A DNA stretch of 64,000 bases, from the NCBI GenBank assembly GCA_964270895.1, contig OZ185441.1; one strand, 5' to 3'. This document shows, in pieces, positions 60,336-64,000 of the stretch (the first letter of the stretch is position 1; each line of letters opens with the position of its first letter). The stretch comes from Podarcis filfolensis. Lineage: Eukaryota. The notes beneath the pieces are model-generated. The model saw only the letters and a program-made list of their open reading frames with translations, made no database searches and was not told the origin of the DNA. Both the position numbers and the translations under genes were made by a program.

Positions 60336-61845
60336 GTTTATTGCTTGGATGCACCTTATCAAAGTTTTAAAGTACAATAATAATTTTCCTTCACTCTTTT
60401 AATCAAGTTAAGCAAGTCTTCATCTACTTAGATGAAGCCTAGTCCACATGCCTAGTGTGTGAAAGCCCTATTATTCTGCCCCTGTGTAGGGTCCCCCCCC
60501 ACAGATTTTGAAGCCCCACATATTTGGAGCCCCAGGGAGCTAAATGTACTTTGCGTAAGGCTCAAGATGCTACATATACACAAAACACTTTCTTGAGTGC
60601 ATGTCTTGCAAGTAACAGAGCTTGTGACCTTCTTGTTCAAAATCCTTTAGTCATGCACCCCACACTTCAGCAGGGAGACTGTATTTCCAGTAGGCCTCTG
60701 GGAGGCAGAACGAAAGAGCTGTGGAGAGCCGGAGTGGGAGCTTGACTGGTCAGTCCCCTCTACTCATTTCAAAAAGTCTTGTTTCTGTGTTTCTTCAAGC
60801 AGTGGCAGGTATGAAAAATAGAGGGAGTAGGATGCTGTTTGTTGCCTCCTAATGTGCCACATGCCCCCTTTTGCCCCCTCCCAATCCAGGCCTGACTTGT
60901 ACTATGACTGCAAGATGAAGGGCTGATTTGCACGGTCAAAGCAACCATTACAGTCCATCAAACCTTCAAATCACTAAACACAATACTTTTCAGTGGTAGT
61001 AAGCCATATCCTCAGCTGTGATGATGTATGAAGTGGTGTACATGGATCTTTGAATTGGGAATGAGAACAAGCATCTATCTGTTATGCACGAGACACTTTA
61101 GCAACATTTCTTGTAACTTCTGAATGTGACCTGAAACAGCCTTTAAGTATCCCTTGCCAAGCCAGGAAGCTTGTGATGGAGGGCCAATTTCAAGAACTTA
61201 GAGCACAGTTTTATCTGATTTGGATCTCTGTGGCAGAACTACTTAGCGCTCCTGTCAAATCACCGGGCCACTCATCAAATATTATAAACATTGTAAGACA
61301 AAGACAGGAACGAAACTGGAGCACAAATGAGAAAAGGCAGGAACTCCAATATGCATTGCTAGTTGCACAAGATTCCATACCTAGGAAAGTTTAAGTCACT
61401 GTGCAATCCCGCAAGAGGTATCCTAAGGTGAATGTAAACTAATTTATGAACAAATTCTTCTGGTATGCTATTGCAGTTTTCTGCAGTATTTTTCTTCTTA
61501 ATCTGCGTCATACTAGTTCAGTTGTAGAGAATTCTAGTAGGAGTTAAGGATGAATAACAGGATGCTTAGGGAATAATGTTTCGTGGCATTTATACCTGTA
61601 TATACATATTTAAAGAATGATTGCTTTCCTGATTCTGAGAAGATATGTTGTCATATGGTGAACAACCCTGCGCAGTTAGTCTGTTTTAAAGCTCATTGAA
61701 GTCAATGGGATTTAAGAAGCCTGTGTGCACCATTATTATTGTTATTTTTTGCTACACCTCCAATCAAAGAAAACAGAGCAATAGGTATTGAAAGCATGAG
61801 GTGCTGTGTGTTTTAAATGACAGCCATTTAAAAATGATTTAAAAA

Positions 61846-61872
61846 ATAAATAAATAAATAAAATAAATAAAT
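61846..61872 (+). repeat. (AAAT)n simple repeat
   Basis: Direct read of the sequence. Confidence 0.85.
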
Positions 61873-62560
61873 AAAGGCTGAAATTGTAATTAAAGGCCAG
61901 GTGACTATAATTATTCTGCAAGCCCTGCGGAGGTGAAATGATCCTGTGAGTGGATGGACGCTGTCAAAGTATCAGCACCCAAAACCATTTAGTTCTAAGA
62001 TGTTGAGATGTATGTGTTAAAAGTGAATAACAATTGCTGGTGGCAGCTCATTTCCCTTTCTCCAAAGACACAAATATATATATATGAGGGTGAACTTGCG
62101 CATGTTCTCATGCAGGAGAACAATGTGTACTGAAGGAGCACATTGGAGAACTCAAAGTGCAACTTGGAAGTACTCACTGCAGCTCCACTCTGAAGTTTGT
62201 ATTGATCTTCCAACCATGCCTTCCCCACCGTTTCCTTCCCTGAATCCCCAATGTTATCAGGCAAAAATTCTGCCAAACCATCCCCAGAAGAGCTCGTGTG
62301 CAATTGTAGTGTGGCAGCATTGCGGTTCCTAACCGCTGCGTGAACCATACATCAAAACATAGACAAGCCCATGCAGCCAAACAATTGCCCTTTTTTATTA
62401 TGAGTTTCACATCCAAATCACTCACTGACGCATCATCATTATGAGTGCTTGATGTTAGTGTTATCAACCATCCAGTTAAAATGCATTTCCACCAGGTCCT
62501 GTGGCTGGCTGGAATACTGTACTCCCCCTCTCCTATAAAACACACTTATGAATTAATGGG

Positions 62561-63383
62561 GATTGCGTGGACAGTTGGAGTCCCCCCACCCCAGGCAACC
62601 CCCAAATAGAATAATGACTCAATACAATGTGCTATGGGATTAAAATTGGCCATAACTTTATTAAGTTTCAGATGTAGGGAGACCTTGGCTCAGGCATTGG
62701 GCGTTTATCCTTCCCAGTCCCCAGCCGGGGATCTGGGAGACATCAGGGTTATCCAGAATGTGTGGGGATTGGGCTGGCTCTGGAGAACATATGTTCAAGC
62801 AGAGAGCCTGCCCCCCCCCCCATTTCGCCACCGTCGCAGGGGAGAGCAATGACAACCTCTCGGCGTATAGCCAATGCCTCCCCTCAAGACCCCTTTAACG
62901 GGGAACCCTGGAATCACCGCCGCAAGGGGGGCATGGGTCACCACTTCACGCCCTTCCCTCATTTAGGAAGATAGACTAAAGGATTCCGCCCAAGGCCTGA
63001 AACCGCCAAAGTTGTGACGTTTTGCTACGGGAAAGGCAAAACCTGCCAATGCAGGAAAATTCCTTTCTGGCCCTTCAACAGCGACCGCGTACCTGTGGAG
63101 AAGAGGTTAACCTGCAAAAGAAGACTTAACTGAGGGAGGGCAGGGTGGGAGAAGCTCTGGAGCCAACTGGTGCTTCACAAGTAAGATTCACCTTCTGTTG
63201 TGTGGGCAGGGCGGTCCCTCCCCTTACCTGGCCAATCCCCTAGCAACGCCTCCCCAGGCGGGATTGGGCAATTGGCTGAGGTAGGCGAAGACCTTCAGGT
63301 ATCCAGCCTGGGGAGGGTGAAACCAGCCTGAACTACCGGGAGCCACACTGGGATCCGGGGGGGCTGTGCACGACCACGCAAAA
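62561..63383 (-). mobile_element. Solo LTR-like element (~820 bp), related to 52559-53311 and in the opposite orientation
   Basis: Terminal inverted 8-mers TTGCGTGG (62563-70) and CCACGCAA (63374-81). The minus strand has AATAAAGTTATGGCCAATTTT versus AATAAAGTTGTGGCCAAAATT in the other LTR, plus shared AGGAATTTTCC…TTGGC and TTTGGC(G/A)GTT…AGGC(C/A)TTGG blocks. No clear TSD. Confidence 0.65.
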
Positions 63384-64000
63384 GGCGTGTGCTCCCCTTT
63401 TGATGTGGGGAGCGGTCATTTCCATGGTACAGGTTGGCCATAGCTCAGTCATAGATCATATAGAGCATATTATGTGCATATAGAAGGTCCCAAATTCAAT
63501 CATAGCCATCTCCAGCTAAAGGATTTTGGGTACCGGGACTCCAGGGAAGCACTTCCAGTTTGTGGAGATAATACTGGGCAAGATGGACTAATGATGTGGC
63601 TAGAGTCTTAGGCTGTGCCAGTGGAGACTTGAGTTCAAGTCTCTGTTTAGCCATTAAACTTGCTAGGTGAACCTTTGTTGAGTCTTACTTTCTCTCTTTC
63701 TCTCTAAGCCTAACCAGGGATGTTCTGATAATAAACTGGCCAGGGAAGAGCTACATATGCTACCCTGAAGAAATCTTTGGAAGGAATTAAAATAAAACAA
63801 ATGGTATGGCTTGACATAAGGCAGCTTCATATATACATATATTAATTTTGATATCAAAGCTTTGTAGGGAGAAAATCTGAATTACTGATTTTTTTTGGGG
63901 GGGGGAGACTTTTCTCTGCTTACAAATGAAATGGAAAGAGCCGAGGAGGAATAAAGGATTTTAGGGTTAGAGCAGGGGGAGCAGGGCTTGATTTCCTACT

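Noticed and set aside
63430-63520. Possible tRNA gene (TAGCTCAGT…TAGAGCA…GGTCCCAAATTCAATC), also at ~32035
   Set aside because: The cloverleaf is disrupted and the head runs into a shared SINE body. It is a SINE head, not a tRNA.
47420-64000. Exons of the expected downstream neighbour PHACTR1 or any other gene
   Set aside because: No ORF or exon with recognisable similarity was found. ORFs here (e.g. 52777-53202, 57788-58225) overlap LTR or MITE sequence.
1-64000. CRISPR arrays, operons, rRNA or other prokaryotic/phage systems
   Set aside because: The sequence is spliced vertebrate DNA. No regularly spaced repeat-spacer array or rRNA-like segment is present.

Overview
Vertebrate genomic DNA, most likely from a lacertid lizard (inferred from a full-length Sauria SINE and lacertid-type MITEs and L2 elements). 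Two protein-coding genes lie on the + strand. (1) The 3' part of HIVEP1 (Schnurri-1/ZAS1 zinc-finger factor): the window opens inside its giant exon (to 5420), followed by five more coding exons to the stop at 25561, about 2510 codons in total, with all splice phases consistent. (2) The complete EDN1 (preproendothelin-1) gene: five coding exons at 40175-46049, 205 aa, mature ET-1 [21 protein letters not shown], with a recognisable proximal promoter (SMAD-GATA-HRE-AP1-FOX-TATA), a CpG island and a regulatory 3' UTR. The rest is intronic or intergenic and rich in transposon debris: a decayed Gypsy pol remnant missed by the ORF track, L2 and CR1 fragments, SINEs, Tc1/mariner and hAT MITEs with target-site duplications, and two related solo LTRs. 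No prokaryotic features, CRISPR arrays, rRNA or intact tRNA genes were seen. Best leads: a CTCF motif that may derive from a Gypsy LTR; co-oriented CTCF motifs including one in the EDN1 promoter; a candidate upstream EDN1 exon at 35166-35395; a SOX-dimer palindrome in the EDN1 promoter; an EDN1 uORF; and miRNA/ARE/alternative-polyadenylation logic in the EDN1 3' UTR. All comparisons with human are from memory and need alignment. I did not find a clearly new biological system, only testable regulatory hypotheses.
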